A stretch of DNA of 32,000 nt. Source: Planctopirus limnophila DSM 3776. GTDB lineage: Bacteria; Planctomycetota; Planctomycetia; Planctomycetales; Planctomycetaceae. Shown here piece by piece: positions 17,684 to 27,622 of the stretch (within the stretch, counting starts at the first letter, position 1; every line of letters begins with the position of its first letter). Under the pieces are notes generated by a model. It saw only the letters and a list, made by a program, of their open reading frames with translations. It was not told the DNA's origin and did no database searches. The translations under genes were made by a program, and so were the position numbers. Location: the NCBI RefSeq assembly GCF_000092105.1, contig NC_014148.1:1740001-1772000 (forward strand). Reading direction: 5' to 3'.

Positions 17684-18279
17684 CTTCAACCTGAATTCCG
17701 TTTGAGAGACCTTTCATGTCACTAGCTTGGAGTGGTGTCTTGTCGTCGTTCTTCACGGCGACCCGGCATCAGTTGGCTGTACCACCCATCAGGTTTGCGA
17801 GTGATGAGTTTGGGAAGGGGTGAGAGTTTGGCGCTTTCTTCCTGGCGATGTGGATCTCGCTTGTTTCTCTTGAGAAGGGAAGAAAACTTCCAGAGGTATT
17901 GCATTCGTTGTGATCAGAATCCCTTGCCGAGATTCCGCAACAGTCACAACACATGAAGTCCCATCAACAAAAGTGCCTCTGCGACACCTTAGTTGACACA
18001 CATCCTGATTCATGTGGCACGGTTGACTACAGAAGAGGTCTTTGTGCAATGAGATTTTTTTCGTGTGAATCTGTTCTGATCAGGTAAGATTTGACGGATC
18101 GGATGACTCTCCGGCACATCGAAGGTCGCAACTAGAATCTCCGCAGGTGATGCAACCCGCAAAGTATGGCTTTGTCTGCGATCTTTGAGATGTTCCGCCG
18201 AAGAGACATACGAGCGACTTCTGCCTGGTCTCCTCCCAGCGTCGCCCAATGTCAGGGCCGTTTCTTCAGAAAGCCTGAA

Positions 18280-19767
18280 ATGTCGAAACTGACAAAATGG
18301 ACAGTTCCCGCCAGCATGTTTTTTCTGGGTTGCCTGGCTGGCGGCGGGCTGCTCTCGATTCCTGTCATGAATGCCGTCCGTGCATCCGCCGTCGATAAAG
18401 CGGCTCTAGAAGAAGCCTACGAAGATCTCAACAAGAAAGTGACCGCCCTACAGGAAGGAAGTTCCCTGCTGGCGCGAGTGGCTCATCTAGCGACTCCCAG
18501 CGTGGTGCATATCGAGAGTCGGCGGAATGTCCCGAATAAAGGTGTCGTGGAAGAAACCGGATCGGGAGTCCTCGTCAGCGGCAGCGATGGCAAAGGGATT
18601 TATGTCGTTACCAACCGGCATGTGATTGATGGGGCGATTCCAGGCAACATCTCGATTTCGCTCTTTGACGGCCGCGTGATCAATCCCGATGACATTCGTG
18701 CAGATCGCGACACAGATTTAGCCGTTCTGCGAGTCAATGCTCCCAACCTCTCACCTGCCCGCTGGGCTGATTCTGATAAAGTCGATATTGGTCATATGGT
18801 GCTGGCAGTCGGCAGTCCGTTTGGCCTCAGTCAGTCAGTAACCTTTGGAATCATCAGTGCCAAAGGTCGTCGCAAGCTTAAGCTTGGTACGACGGCTGTT
18901 TTGAATCAGGACTTTTTGCAGACCGATGCCGCCATCAACCCCGGGAACAGTGGCGGCCCTTTAATTGATCTGCAGGGACGCATCATTGGCATCAATACCG
19001 CCATTGCCAGCAGCAGCGGCGGAAACGAAGGAATCGGCTTCAGCATTCCCAGCAATCTTGTCCGCCGGGTGATGGATCAGCTCCTTGAGTTTGGCGTGGT
19101 GCAACGGGCTTACCTCGGTGTGCGGCTGGATCCCGCCTTCGATCTGCGATCTGCCAACCGGCTGAAGCTCGACCGTGTGGGCGGGGCGCGCGTTACCGAA
19201 GTTTATCCTAATACTGCTGCTTCCAAAGCCAACCTGCTCTACGATGATGTGATTCTCAGTTTTGATGGAGTCGATGTTGAAGATGAGAACCATCTGATCA
19301 ATCTGGTCAGTCTGACGCCGTTCGGCAAAAAAGTGCGGATGGTGGTCTGGCGCGGAGGGAATAAGGTGCCTGTCCTGGTACAACTGGGTGATCGTGCGGA
19401 GATGCGGGAACAGAGTGCCGTGCCAACTCCCGACATGGGTCTTCCGCCCGTTCGAACGACGAGTCTCACGCCTGGATTGAAATTGAAGCCACTCGATTTT
19501 CAAGTGCGGGAGACGCACCGGCTGCCAGCTCGTGCCGGTGGCATCCTGGTCAACGAGGTCGCGATCGACAGTGTCTGGCAAGGGATTGTCGAAGTGGGCG
19601 ACCTGATTGTCGAAGTGGATCAGTGGCCGGTCGCTTCCGAAAGCGAGTTAGCCAGTGTGTTGAAGGCAGGCCAGGCATTGCCGGCCATACCGATCAGGTT
19701 GATGCGACTTGAAGGTGGAAAATCGGTCGAGCATGTCGTGCAACTGCCGCAATCGAAACTGCAATAA
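18280..19767 (+). CDS. htrA: HtrA/DegP-family periplasmic serine endoprotease with two PDZ-like regions
   Basis: The catalytic triad contexts are present: TNRHVIDG (His), DTDLAVLRV (Asp) and GNSGGPLIDLQGRIIGINTA (Ser). An N-terminal signal/anchor (MSKLTKWTVPASMFFLGCLAGGGLL) starts at ATG 18280. The track ORF starts upstream at 18166. Confidence 0.9.
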   Translation: MSKLTKWTVPASMFFLGCLAGGGLLSIPVMNAVRASAVDKAALEEAYEDLNKKVTALQEGSSLLARVAHLATPSVVHIESRRNVPNKGVVEETGSGVLVSGSDGKGIYVVTNRHVIDGAIPGNISISLFDGRVINPDDIRADRDTDLAVLRVNAPNLSPARWADSDKVDIGHMVLAVGSPFGLSQSVTFGIISAKGRRKLKLGTTAVLNQDFLQTDAAINPGNSGGPLIDLQGRIIGINTAIASSSGGNEGIGFSIPSNLVRRVMDQLLEFGVVQRAYLGVRLDPAFDLRSANRLKLDRVGGARVTEVYPNTAASKANLLYDDVILSFDGVDVEDENHLINLVSLTPFGKKVRMVVWRGGNKVPVLVQLGDRAEMREQSAVPTPDMGLPPVRTTSLTPGLKLKPLDFQVRETHRLPARAGGILVNEVAIDSVWQGIVEVGDLIVEVDQWPVASESELASVLKAGQALPAIPIRLMRLEGGKSVEHVVQLPQSKLQ

Positions 19768-19782
19768 GCCCATGCCTTCCAG

Positions 19783-20313
19783 GTGCACGGGTTGGGAAGG
19801 GAGAGATCATTGGCGTCAAACGATCACTGGCGTATCGAAGTCGCCGCCTCTCAATCGCCGTGGACTCATCCCCATTGGGTTGAATGGATCAAGTGGGTAG
19901 TAGCCTCATATGCTCAATGGACGGGACAATCCCTTTCCGATGCAGGCCCGGAAGAATTTCCCAGAGTGCTGTTCCATGCCCCGTTTGTGCTGGTTTCGCA
20001 TGGAAAGGAAGCTGACCCAGTCCTGTGCTACGGCAATCAGACAGCTCTGAAACTGTGGGAAATGAGCCTCTCTCAGTTTCTCGAAACACCTTCACGATAT
20101 ACGGCCGAACCGATGCATCGTGATGAACGGGCACAACTCCTCGAACGCACGACCAGGTACGGATTTGTCGACGATTACCAGGGAATCCGCATCTCTGCGT
20201 CGGGCACTCGATTTCGCATCCACCAGGCGACGGTCTGGAATGTGATCGACGCAGAGGGAACCTATCAGGGACAGGCCGCCATGTTCCACGAATGGACACC
20301 AATTGGTTCGTAA
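19783..20313 (+). CDS. MEKHLA-domain (PAS-like) protein
   Basis: The sequence FHAPFVLVSHGKEADPVLCYGNQTALKLWEMSLSQFLETPSRYTAEP...RAQLLERTTRYGFVDDYQGIRISASGTRFRIHQATVWNVIDAEGTYQGQAAMF matches my memory of stand-alone bacterial MEKHLA proteins. The start is uncertain. It is either GTG 19783 or, perhaps better, TTG 19810, which is preceded by GGGAGAG. Confidence 0.65.
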   Translation: MHGLGRERSLASNDHWRIEVAASQSPWTHPHWVEWIKWVVASYAQWTGQSLSDAGPEEFPRVLFHAPFVLVSHGKEADPVLCYGNQTALKLWEMSLSQFLETPSRYTAEPMHRDERAQLLERTTRYGFVDDYQGIRISASGTRFRIHQATVWNVIDAEGTYQGQAAMFHEWTPIGS

Positions 20314-20349
20314 GCGTCAGTTGGTGTGTAACTGTTGTCGTCAAACCGC

Positions 20350-21438
20350 TCAGGCACTCAGCACTTTGCGGACGTTGGCTTCCGTAACCGGCTGAATAAT
20401 GCCCTTTTCCGTGATGATCGCCGTAATGAGTTCCGCCGGTGCGAAATCGAATGCCGGGTTGTAAACATTGGCACCTGTGGGGGCGAGCTGGACACCCCCA
20501 GGATGAGTAATCTCAGTGGAGACTCTTTCTTCGATGGGAATTGATTTCCCTTCGAGAAGCGTCAGGTCGAATGTGGAGGATGGAGCTGAGACATAAAACG
20601 GAATTTTGTGGTAATGACATAACACCGCCACGCTGTATGTCCCAATTTTATTGGCGGCATCGCCACGGGCGGTGATGCGATCAGCCCCGACAATGGCGGC
20701 GCCAATCCGGCCTTCCTTCATGACCTGCCCGGCCATGGAATCTGTAATGAGAGTACAGGGGATTCCTCTTTGCATGAGTTCCCACATGGTCAGTCGGGCC
20801 CCCTGAAGCAAAGGGCGGGTTTCATCAGCATAAACATGAATCTGCTTGCCAGCGGCATGCGCATGAGCCAGAGCGGCGAACGCTGTTCCATCACCGGCTG
20901 TGGCTAATCCACCTGTATTGCAGTGTGTCAGAATCCCGCTGTTGGCAGGCAGCAGCGAGGCTCCGAATTCTCCCAGTCTGGCACACATGGCGCGGTCTTC
21001 AGTTTCAATGGCCTGTGCCTCAACTAACAATCTTTTCTGAAGATCGGCAGCACTCATTTGTGGGTGATCTTTGGCAACTTGCTCCATGCGCTGGATGGCC
21101 CAGAAGAGATTGACAGCCGTGGGCCGACTTTCGGCCAGGTATCTGGCCACCTTGGCCAATTGTTGATCGAACTCTCCTCGCGAGACATCTGCCCCTGGCT
21201 GAAAGAGTGGTTGCAGGCCGACGACTATTCCATAGGCCGCCGCCACACCAATCGCAGGAGCGCCGCGAACTTTGAGCTGCTTGATCGCCTCCCAGATGTG
21301 TTCCACGGTGTTCCCATCGATATGCTTTAACTGCGTGGGCAATACCGTCTGGTCGATCAGCTTCAGTGATCCGGTCAGTTCGTCCGCTTGCCACTCCAGA
21401 GCACGATAACTGGGCAACGACACAGGATTGGACACCAT
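20350..21438 (-). CDS. mtnA: S-methyl-5-thioribose-1-phosphate isomerase (methionine salvage)
   Basis: There is strong block similarity to MtnA: KVRGAPAIGVAAAYG, SRPTAVNLFWA, ILTHCNTGGLATAG, ADETRPLLQGARLTMWELMQRGIPCTLITDSMAG, IVGADRITARGDAANKIGTY, IPIEER and NPAFDFAPAELITAIITEKG. I prefer ATG 21438 (MVSNPVSL...) over the track start at 21483. Confidence 0.85.
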   Translation of the reverse strand: MVSNPVSLPSYRALEWQADELTGSLKLIDQTVLPTQLKHIDGNTVEHIWEAIKQLKVRGAPAIGVAAAYGIVVGLQPLFQPGADVSRGEFDQQLAKVARYLAESRPTAVNLFWAIQRMEQVAKDHPQMSAADLQKRLLVEAQAIETEDRAMCARLGEFGASLLPANSGILTHCNTGGLATAGDGTAFAALAHAHAAGKQIHVYADETRPLLQGARLTMWELMQRGIPCTLITDSMAGQVMKEGRIGAAIVGADRITARGDAANKIGTYSVAVLCHYHKIPFYVSAPSSTFDLTLLEGKSIPIEERVSTEITHPGGVQLAPTGANVYNPAFDFAPAELITAIITEKGIIQPVTEANVRKVLSA

Positions 21439-21693
21439 GGGGAATTCTCTTTGGCTTGGCAGAACATTCAGGAAGATTCTCAAGAGTTGGTACGCTAACC
21501 GAAATGACTAAGACGTACCAACGAAGGCCACTTTCCCAGCGGTTTGAAGTTCAAAGTCGCCGATTTCAATCGTGGTCGTTCGGGACGAGACAAACTTTTT
21601 CGGAAAGAGGTGAACCCGAACCCGACAGTTGATAACATGCAAATCTGTTCATGGAACATGAAATTGGGATGTTTTGACCTCTGGAGTCTGGCC

Positions 21694-22584
21694 ATGCGAG
21701 TGATCTGCAAGAGTTTTCTGGTGCTGGCGTTGGGTTGGTTGAGCCTGTTCGCGGGACAGGAAGGATCTTTACAGGCAGCTGATGCACCTGCCAAGAAGTA
21801 CAAAGCCCTCATGCTGACTCAAAGTGCAGGATTTACGCATGGCTCGGTACGTCGCCCGAAAGCTGAAGGCGATGCACCGCAGAAGCTGAGTGCGTCAGAA
21901 ATCGCGATGACACAACTCGGCCAGCAGACCGGTCTGTTTGATGTGACCTGTACGCAGGATGCCGCCAGCGATTTCACGAAAGAGAACCTGTCCAAGTACG
22001 ACATGGTGATTTTCTACACGACTGGCAATCTGCCCATTGCCGATGCCGATAAAGAATACTTTCTCAATGACTGGCTAAAGCAGGAAGGTCATGCCTTCAT
22101 CGGGTTCCATTCCGCGACAGATACGTTCAACAACTACAAACCCTATTTTGATTTTGTAGGTGGTACGTTTGATGGACATCCCTGGGGAGCAGGCGAGACA
22201 GTCACCATCAAGATTCACGATCCTGAGTTTCCCGCGATGAAGCCACTGGGGAGCGAACTGGTCGTCAAGGACGAAATCTATCAGTACAAAAATTATCGGC
22301 CTGAAAACGTCCGAGTATTGATGAGCCTCGATATGTCCAAGTGCAAAACCAAGCGTCCTTACATGGTGCCGGTCTCGTGGGTAAAAGAACATGGCAAGGG
22401 GCGATTGTTCTACACCAATCTGGGCCATAATGAAGGCACCTGGACCAACCCCACTTTCCTGGAGCATGCTCATCAGGGAATTCGTTGGGCCTTGCGGCTC
22501 GAAGAAGGAAATGCCACGCCGAATCCTGAGCTTCAGGCCAAACTTCAGGAAGAGGCCAAGGCAGCCGCAGAGCCTGCCAAGTGA
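21694..22584 (+). CDS. Secreted ThuA-domain protein (trehalose-utilisation-like, class-I glutamine-amidotransferase-like fold)
   Basis: A signal peptide (MRVICKSFLVLALGWLSLFAGQ) begins at ATG 21694, with GGAG 7 nt upstream. ThuA-type blocks are present: YDMVIFYTTG, GHAFIGFHSATDTF, FDFVGGTFDGHP, PVSWVKEHGKGRLFYTNLGH and GIRWAL. The track ORF starts at 21544. Confidence 0.8.
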   Translation: MRVICKSFLVLALGWLSLFAGQEGSLQAADAPAKKYKALMLTQSAGFTHGSVRRPKAEGDAPQKLSASEIAMTQLGQQTGLFDVTCTQDAASDFTKENLSKYDMVIFYTTGNLPIADADKEYFLNDWLKQEGHAFIGFHSATDTFNNYKPYFDFVGGTFDGHPWGAGETVTIKIHDPEFPAMKPLGSELVVKDEIYQYKNYRPENVRVLMSLDMSKCKTKRPYMVPVSWVKEHGKGRLFYTNLGHNEGTWTNPTFLEHAHQGIRWALRLEEGNATPNPELQAKLQEEAKAAAEPAK

Positions 22585-22637
22585 TTCATGAATAGGTCAT
22601 CGATGAATCGGATCGAGACAAGGATTTGATAACCAAC

Positions 22638-22684
22638 AAAGCTCCCGCAACGCTCATGTGTTGCCGGGAGCTTTGGCTTTTTTC
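22638..22684. terminator. Rho-independent, probably bidirectional terminator between convergent genes
   Basis: AAAGCTCCCGCAAC (22638-22651) pairs with GTTGCCGGGAGCTTT (22660-22674), giving 14 bp with one bulged C and an 8-nt loop. A run of six T (22678-22683) follows. The opposite strand has TTTGTTGGTT after the stem. It lies between the ThuA stop (22584) and the methyltransferase stop (22732). Confidence 0.7.
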
Positions 22685-22731
22685 TGTGAATCAGAAATCC
22701 AGATGTCAGAGGATTTCAGCGCCCGAATTCA

Positions 22732-23499
22732 CTATTTGCGGCGAAGTTCAAAAAGCTGAAAGCGGCCGAATCGAGGTTTGGCCAGAGGCTGATAGTTTTC
22801 GTCGTAGAGCTGGTATTCAAAGGGTGTGAATTTGAGTTTCTCGGCAAACCATTCAGCCCGCGTACGACCGGCATCACCAATCCAGCAGAGCCCGTCACAT
22901 GCGAGCGTTTTGTCGATCAGATTCAGAATCGGGGCGTGATTGCGTTCTTCATAAAGCACTTCACTGGCAATGATCACTGGAAATGATTCGGCGGGTGGGT
23001 CTCTCCAATCGAGCTGCCGGGCCTGTGCCTCGACCAGATTGAGTCGGGCGTTTTCCCGGGCCACGAGAATCGCTTCATGGTCATAATCAGTGATCGTCAC
23101 ATGATCACCGCGCACAGCGGCAGAAACCCCCACAAGCCCTACACCAGCACCCAGTTCAAGAAGACGTGTTCCTGTCGGCCAAGGAGCGAACTGCAAAGCG
23201 CGCGCCATGACGACAGCCGCTGGCCACAGATATGCCCAGTAGGGCATGTAACCATCCGCTTCATGCCGAGCGAGTACAGTATCAGATTCCAGAAATGCAT
23301 CCGGATCAGCCGGTTGGTAAAGCTGAACAGGCCTGAGCCCGCCGACATCATAAGTGGCCAGTGCCCAGCCGGCGGGAATCTCGAACAATCCCGGTGGTGT
23401 CTGAGGCAATCGCTCGGCTGGATGTCGGATTTCCTGAAGTAAGGGCGGTGCATCAGCGGGGGCTTCTGCCGGTGGGGGCAAAGATGATTCCTCGTTCAA
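22732..23499 (-). CDS. Class I SAM-dependent methyltransferase (protein-lysine/Methyltransf_16- or PrmA-like)
   Basis: It has YWAYLWPAAVVMARAL followed by SAM motif I (LLELGAGVGLVGVSAA), then VTITDYD and IIASEVLYEE. The substrate cannot be inferred from the sequence. Confidence 0.8.
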   Translation of the reverse strand: MNEESSLPPPAEAPADAPPLLQEIRHPAERLPQTPPGLFEIPAGWALATYDVGGLRPVQLYQPADPDAFLESDTVLARHEADGYMPYWAYLWPAAVVMARALQFAPWPTGTRLLELGAGVGLVGVSAAVRGDHVTITDYDHEAILVARENARLNLVEAQARQLDWRDPPAESFPVIIASEVLYEERNHAPILNLIDKTLACDGLCWIGDAGRTRAEWFAEKLKFTPFEYQLYDENYQPLAKPRFGRFQLFELRRK

Positions 23500-23672
23500 T
23501 CTTGATACTCAATTAATAAGTTCTGGATAATCGAAAAGAACTTTCTCACGAACATCCTGCCAATGAACACTGTCAGCTACAATTGAGGCGCGGCAGATTT
23601 GTCGGGAATTGCTGCAAGATGGCCTATGGCCGCTCCTGAGTTTTCGTCATTGACTGGATTTCGCTTTTTAAC

Positions 23673-26600
23673 ATGGATGCGCTCTCACCGGCCCCTACGG
23701 CCCCAGACTTTGCTGCGTTGAGAAAGCGACTGCCCGAAGCAATGGCCGCTGATCGATCAGGGCTTTCAAAGCTGCTCGAAACAACAGCCCGCATGGCCCA
23801 GCGCGGCCAGCCGTTTGATCGCAACCTGCATCGATTCACGGATTGGCTGGAAAAATCGATCACAGCCCGCAATGACCGCTTGGCGCGCAGGCCAGCCATT
23901 CATTACGACAACGAGCTGCCTATCATGCAGCGGCGGGAAGAGTTTCTGAAACTCTTATCCCAGCATTCAGTGATCATCGTTTGCGGAGAAACAGGCTCAG
24001 GAAAATCGACGCAACTGCCCAAATTCTGCCTTGAGGCCCAGCGCGGAATCGATGGACTGATCGGACATACTCAGCCACGGCGAATTGCCGCTCGATCAGT
24101 CGCCATGCGGCTTTCCGAAGAACTTCGTGCACCTTTAGGGCAGGCTGTTGGCTACAAAGTTCGCTTTCAGGAGGCCGTGGGAGCTGAGTCATACATCAAG
24201 CTGATGACTGACGGAATTCTCCTTGCAGAAATTCAATCGGACCCGCACTTGCGTCGTTACGACACGATCATCATCGATGAGGCGCACGAGCGGTCGCTCA
24301 ACATCGATTTTCTGCTCGGGTATCTCAAGCGATTGCTGACACAGCGCAAAGATCTCAAGGTGATCATTACTTCGGCAACGATCGATGCCGAGCGGTTCAG
24401 CCAGCATTTTGAAGTGGATGGCAAACCCGCTCCGATCATAGAAGCCTCCGGAAGAAGTTATCCCGTCGAGATTCTTTACCGGCCCATTTTGAGTAAGGGG
24501 GATGCGGCGGAAGACAATGATATCGACATGCAACAGGCGATTGTCGAAGCCGTTCAGGAAGCGACTTCGCAGGGGTTTGGAGACATTCTGGTTTTCTTGC
24601 CCACCGAACGGGAAATCCACGAGACAGCGAAGATTTTGCGTGGAGGCGAGCGAGCGGCTTCTCATCGTGAGATTCTGCCGCTGTATGCGAGACTTTCTGC
24701 AGCCGAGCAACAGCGAGTGTTCCAAGTTTCTCAGAGCCAGCGCAGAATCATTCTTGCAACCAACGTGGCCGAGTCGTCATTGACTGTACCCGGCATTCGC
24801 TATGTGATCGACACAGGGACCGTGAGGCTCAGCAGGTATTCTCCACGTTCGAAGATCCAGCGATTGCCCATTGAACCGGTCTCCCAGGCCTCAGCGAATC
24901 AGCGGGCAGGACGCTGCGGGCGTGTCGGCCCCGGAATCTGCTATCGACTGTATGATGAAGCGGATTTTGCAGCGCGTGATCCGTTCACAGTTCCAGAGAT
25001 TTTGCGAACGAACCTTGCTCAGGTGATTCTTAAAACAGAATCGCTCGGGCTCGGAAGCCTGTCGAGTTTTCCGTTTCTGGATCCACCTCGAACTGAATCA
25101 ATTCGAGATGGTTATCGCACCTTGTTCGAGCTGGGTGCCGTCGATCTGGACAATCGTCTGACGGAACTCGGGAAGAAACTGTCGCGGATACCGACCGATC
25201 CTCGCATTGCCCGTGTCCTGTTCGCTGCCGACGAACAGCTTTGCCTCGCCGAAATGCTGATCATTGCCTCTGCCCTGGAAACACAGGATGTGCGCGAGCG
25301 ACCGGTTGGGAAACAGGATGCAGCCGATGAAGCCCATGCAAAGTTTCTGGACGAAACCTCGGACTTTGTGACATATCTCAAGATCTGGGATTTTTATCAC
25401 GAATTGAAAGCCAAGCTGTCACATAGCCAGCTTAAAAAGGCGTGCTCCCAGAATTATCTCTCATTAACCAGATTGAGAGAGTGGAGCGATCTGCATCGAG
25501 AGTTGTCTGAACTCGTTCGTGCCGCAGGGTTAAAGATTCGCCCCCGTTTGCAGGATACCTCTGCCATCCATCGGGCGATTCTGGCTGGATTCCCAACCAA
25601 CATCGCCATGAAAACTGATAGCGGTGAGTATCAGATGGGTGGTGGAGCACTGGGTGTCATCTGGCCTGGTTCCGGGATGGCGAAACAGAAGCCTCGCTGG
25701 ATTGTGGCTGCCGAGTTTGTGGAAACGACTCGCCGCTTTTTGCGAATTGCAGGAAAGATTGAATCCGAGTGGGTCGAGCCCTATGTCGAACATCTGGTCA
25801 ATCGAACCTATCATGATCCCCACTGGGATGCCCGTAGCCGGAGTGTGGTCGCTTATGAAAAGGTGAGTCTGCAAGGACTGCCAATCGTTAATCGGCGGAA
25901 GACTCAATTCGGACGAGTGAATGCGGCCCAGGCGCAGGAGATTTTTATCCGTCAAGCTCTCGTGGAAGGTGATTATCCGAATCCTCCCGCATTCCTGGCT
26001 CACAATCTGGCATTAAGGCAGGAACTGGAAGATCTGCAGGCGCGGCTGAGAAAAACCTCGCTGATTGCTGATCCAGAAACCCAGGCGAAGTTCTATGCTC
26101 AAAGATTGCCTCCTGATATCTACGACGGCCCGCGACTGGATAAATGGCTGAGAATTGCAACTAAAGATTCGCCCGATCTCCTCAAAATGACGCGGGAAGA
26201 CCTGCTGGCCCAGGAGGCTGATGAAGATTGGCGAGAACGATTTCCTGACCAGATTCGTGTGGGGAGTCTGCAGGCCGAAGTCGAATATCATCTGGAACCA
26301 GGGACGGCTCAAGATGGGATTACGATCAAGGTTCCACAAGCGGCGTTTCGTCAGCTGGAGTGGCAGCGATTGGGTTGGCTCGTTCCAGGCCTTCTTGAGG
26401 AAAAAATTGTCGCGTTGCTTCGAGGATTACCCAAAGAGTATCGAGTGACACTTTCCCCGATCCCGGAGTCTGTCAAACAGATTCTCCCTTTGCTGAAGAT
26501 GGGACAAGGTTCGCTCGTCGATCAACTGGCAGAGATCGTCCGGAGTCGCTTCGGGGCCAGAGTCCTTCCAGCGATGTTTGATGAATCGAAGCTCCCGAAT

Positions 26601-27590
26601 CATTTGCGAATGAACATCCGCCTGATTGATAACTCAGGTGAGGAAGTTCTTTCCAGTCGAGAGCAAACTCAACTGGAAGCTCATGCCGGGCAGCTCATTC
26701 CCAGTGAACTGATTTCCAAATCGATGGAGCGAACGGGCCTGAAGACCTGGGACTTTGCGACGGTCCACGAAAAGGTGATCGTACGGCAGAACGGGCTCGA
26801 AATTGATGGTTTTCCTGCCATTGTCGATGAGGGGAAGACAGTGGGTCTGAAGCTTTTTGATACCGCCATTCGCGCACTCCACGAGCATAAGCGAGGCGTG
26901 CGGCGACTGGCTGTTCTAAAGCTTCAGAAAGAACTCTCGATGCAGGTGACCCACCTGCCAGAGATCAAACGCTGGGAACTGGCTGCCAAAGCGCTTCCAC
27001 AACCCTTCCCACTTAAAGAGCATTTGATCGATCTGCTGGCGATGAGGGCCGTCTGTGAGGGAAAAGTCTTGCCGCGCTCTCCCGAACAATTCCAGTTAGC
27101 GATTGATGCCGGGTTTGATGAACTGGGAAATGCTGTCACTGAAGTGATGCGATTGATGAGTAGCATTTTTCAACAGACGGCAGAAATTCGAGTGCGGCTG
27201 GATCGAATTCCGCCGGTGCATGATCTGACCAAGCGCGATCTGCAGAGGCAGTATCAATGGCTGTTAACGCCTGGTTTTCTGTCGCAGACACCGTGGTTCT
27301 GGCTGGCCCAGTTCCCCAGATATCTGAAAGCAATCCTGCTGCGAATGGATCGACTCACGGGCAACGCGGCCAAAGATCGTGATCGAATCATGAATCTGGA
27401 GCCCTGGATTGTGCGTTATGCCCAAAGATGGAATGAACACAAGCGGCGAAAATATGTCGATGTTGAGTTAGAAACCTTCCGCTGGATGATTGAAGAATAT
27501 CGGATTCATCTGTTTGTTCAGGAAATGGCGACCGCTGTGCCCGTTTCGGATAAACGGCTGGAGAAACAGTGGCTGGCGACCACCCCTTAG
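23673..27590 (+). CDS. hrpA: ATP-dependent RNA helicase HrpA (DEAH-box)
   Basis: This 1305-aa ORF has GETGSGKSTQLPKF, TQPRRIAA, IIIDEAHERSLNIDFLLG, ITSATID, ILATNVAESSLTVPGI and QRAGRCGR. The long C-terminal extension is typical of HrpA. Confidence 0.9.
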   Translation: MDALSPAPTAPDFAALRKRLPEAMAADRSGLSKLLETTARMAQRGQPFDRNLHRFTDWLEKSITARNDRLARRPAIHYDNELPIMQRREEFLKLLSQHSVIIVCGETGSGKSTQLPKFCLEAQRGIDGLIGHTQPRRIAARSVAMRLSEELRAPLGQAVGYKVRFQEAVGAESYIKLMTDGILLAEIQSDPHLRRYDTIIIDEAHERSLNIDFLLGYLKRLLTQRKDLKVIITSATIDAERFSQHFEVDGKPAPIIEASGRSYPVEILYRPILSKGDAAEDNDIDMQQAIVEAVQEATSQGFGDILVFLPTEREIHETAKILRGGERAASHREILPLYARLSAAEQQRVFQVSQSQRRIILATNVAESSLTVPGIRYVIDTGTVRLSRYSPRSKIQRLPIEPVSQASANQRAGRCGRVGPGICYRLYDEADFAARDPFTVPEILRTNLAQVILKTESLGLGSLSSFPFLDPPRTESIRDGYRTLFELGAVDLDNRLTELGKKLSRIPTDPRIARVLFAADEQLCLAEMLIIASALETQDVRERPVGKQDAADEAHAKFLDETSDFVTYLKIWDFYHELKAKLSHSQLKKACSQNYLSLTRLREWSDLHRELSELVRAAGLKIRPRLQDTSAIHRAILAGFPTNIAMKTDSGEYQMGGGALGVIWPGSGMAKQKPRWIVAAEFVETTRRFLRIAGKIESEWVEPYVEHLVNRTYHDPHWDARSRSVVAYEKVSLQGLPIVNRRKTQFGRVNAAQAQEIFIRQALVEGDYPNPPAFLAHNLALRQELEDLQARLRKTSLIADPETQAKFYAQRLPPDIYDGPRLDKWLRIATKDSPDLLKMTREDLLAQEADEDWRERFPDQIRVGSLQAEVEYHLEPGTAQDGITIKVPQAAFRQLEWQRLGWLVPGLLEEKIVALLRGLPKEYRVTLSPIPESVKQILPLLKMGQGSLVDQLAEIVRSRFGARVLPAMFDESKLPNHLRMNIRLIDNSGEEVLSSREQTQLEAHAGQLIPSELISKSMERTGLKTWDFATVHEKVIVRQNGLEIDGFPAIVDEGKTVGLKLFDTAIRALHEHKRGVRRLAVLKLQKELSMQVTHLPEIKRWELAAKALPQPFPLKEHLIDLLAMRAVCEGKVLPRSPEQFQLAIDAGFDELGNAVTEVMRLMSSIFQQTAEIRVRLDRIPPVHDLTKRDLQRQYQWLLTPGFLSQTPWFWLAQFPRYLKAILLRMDRLTGNAAKDRDRIMNLEPWIVRYAQRWNEHKRRKYVDVELETFRWMIEEYRIHLFVQEMATAVPVSDKRLEKQWLATTP

Positions 27591-27622
27591 TTCGATTTTG
27601 AGTTTGGAAAAGAGATCGATCC

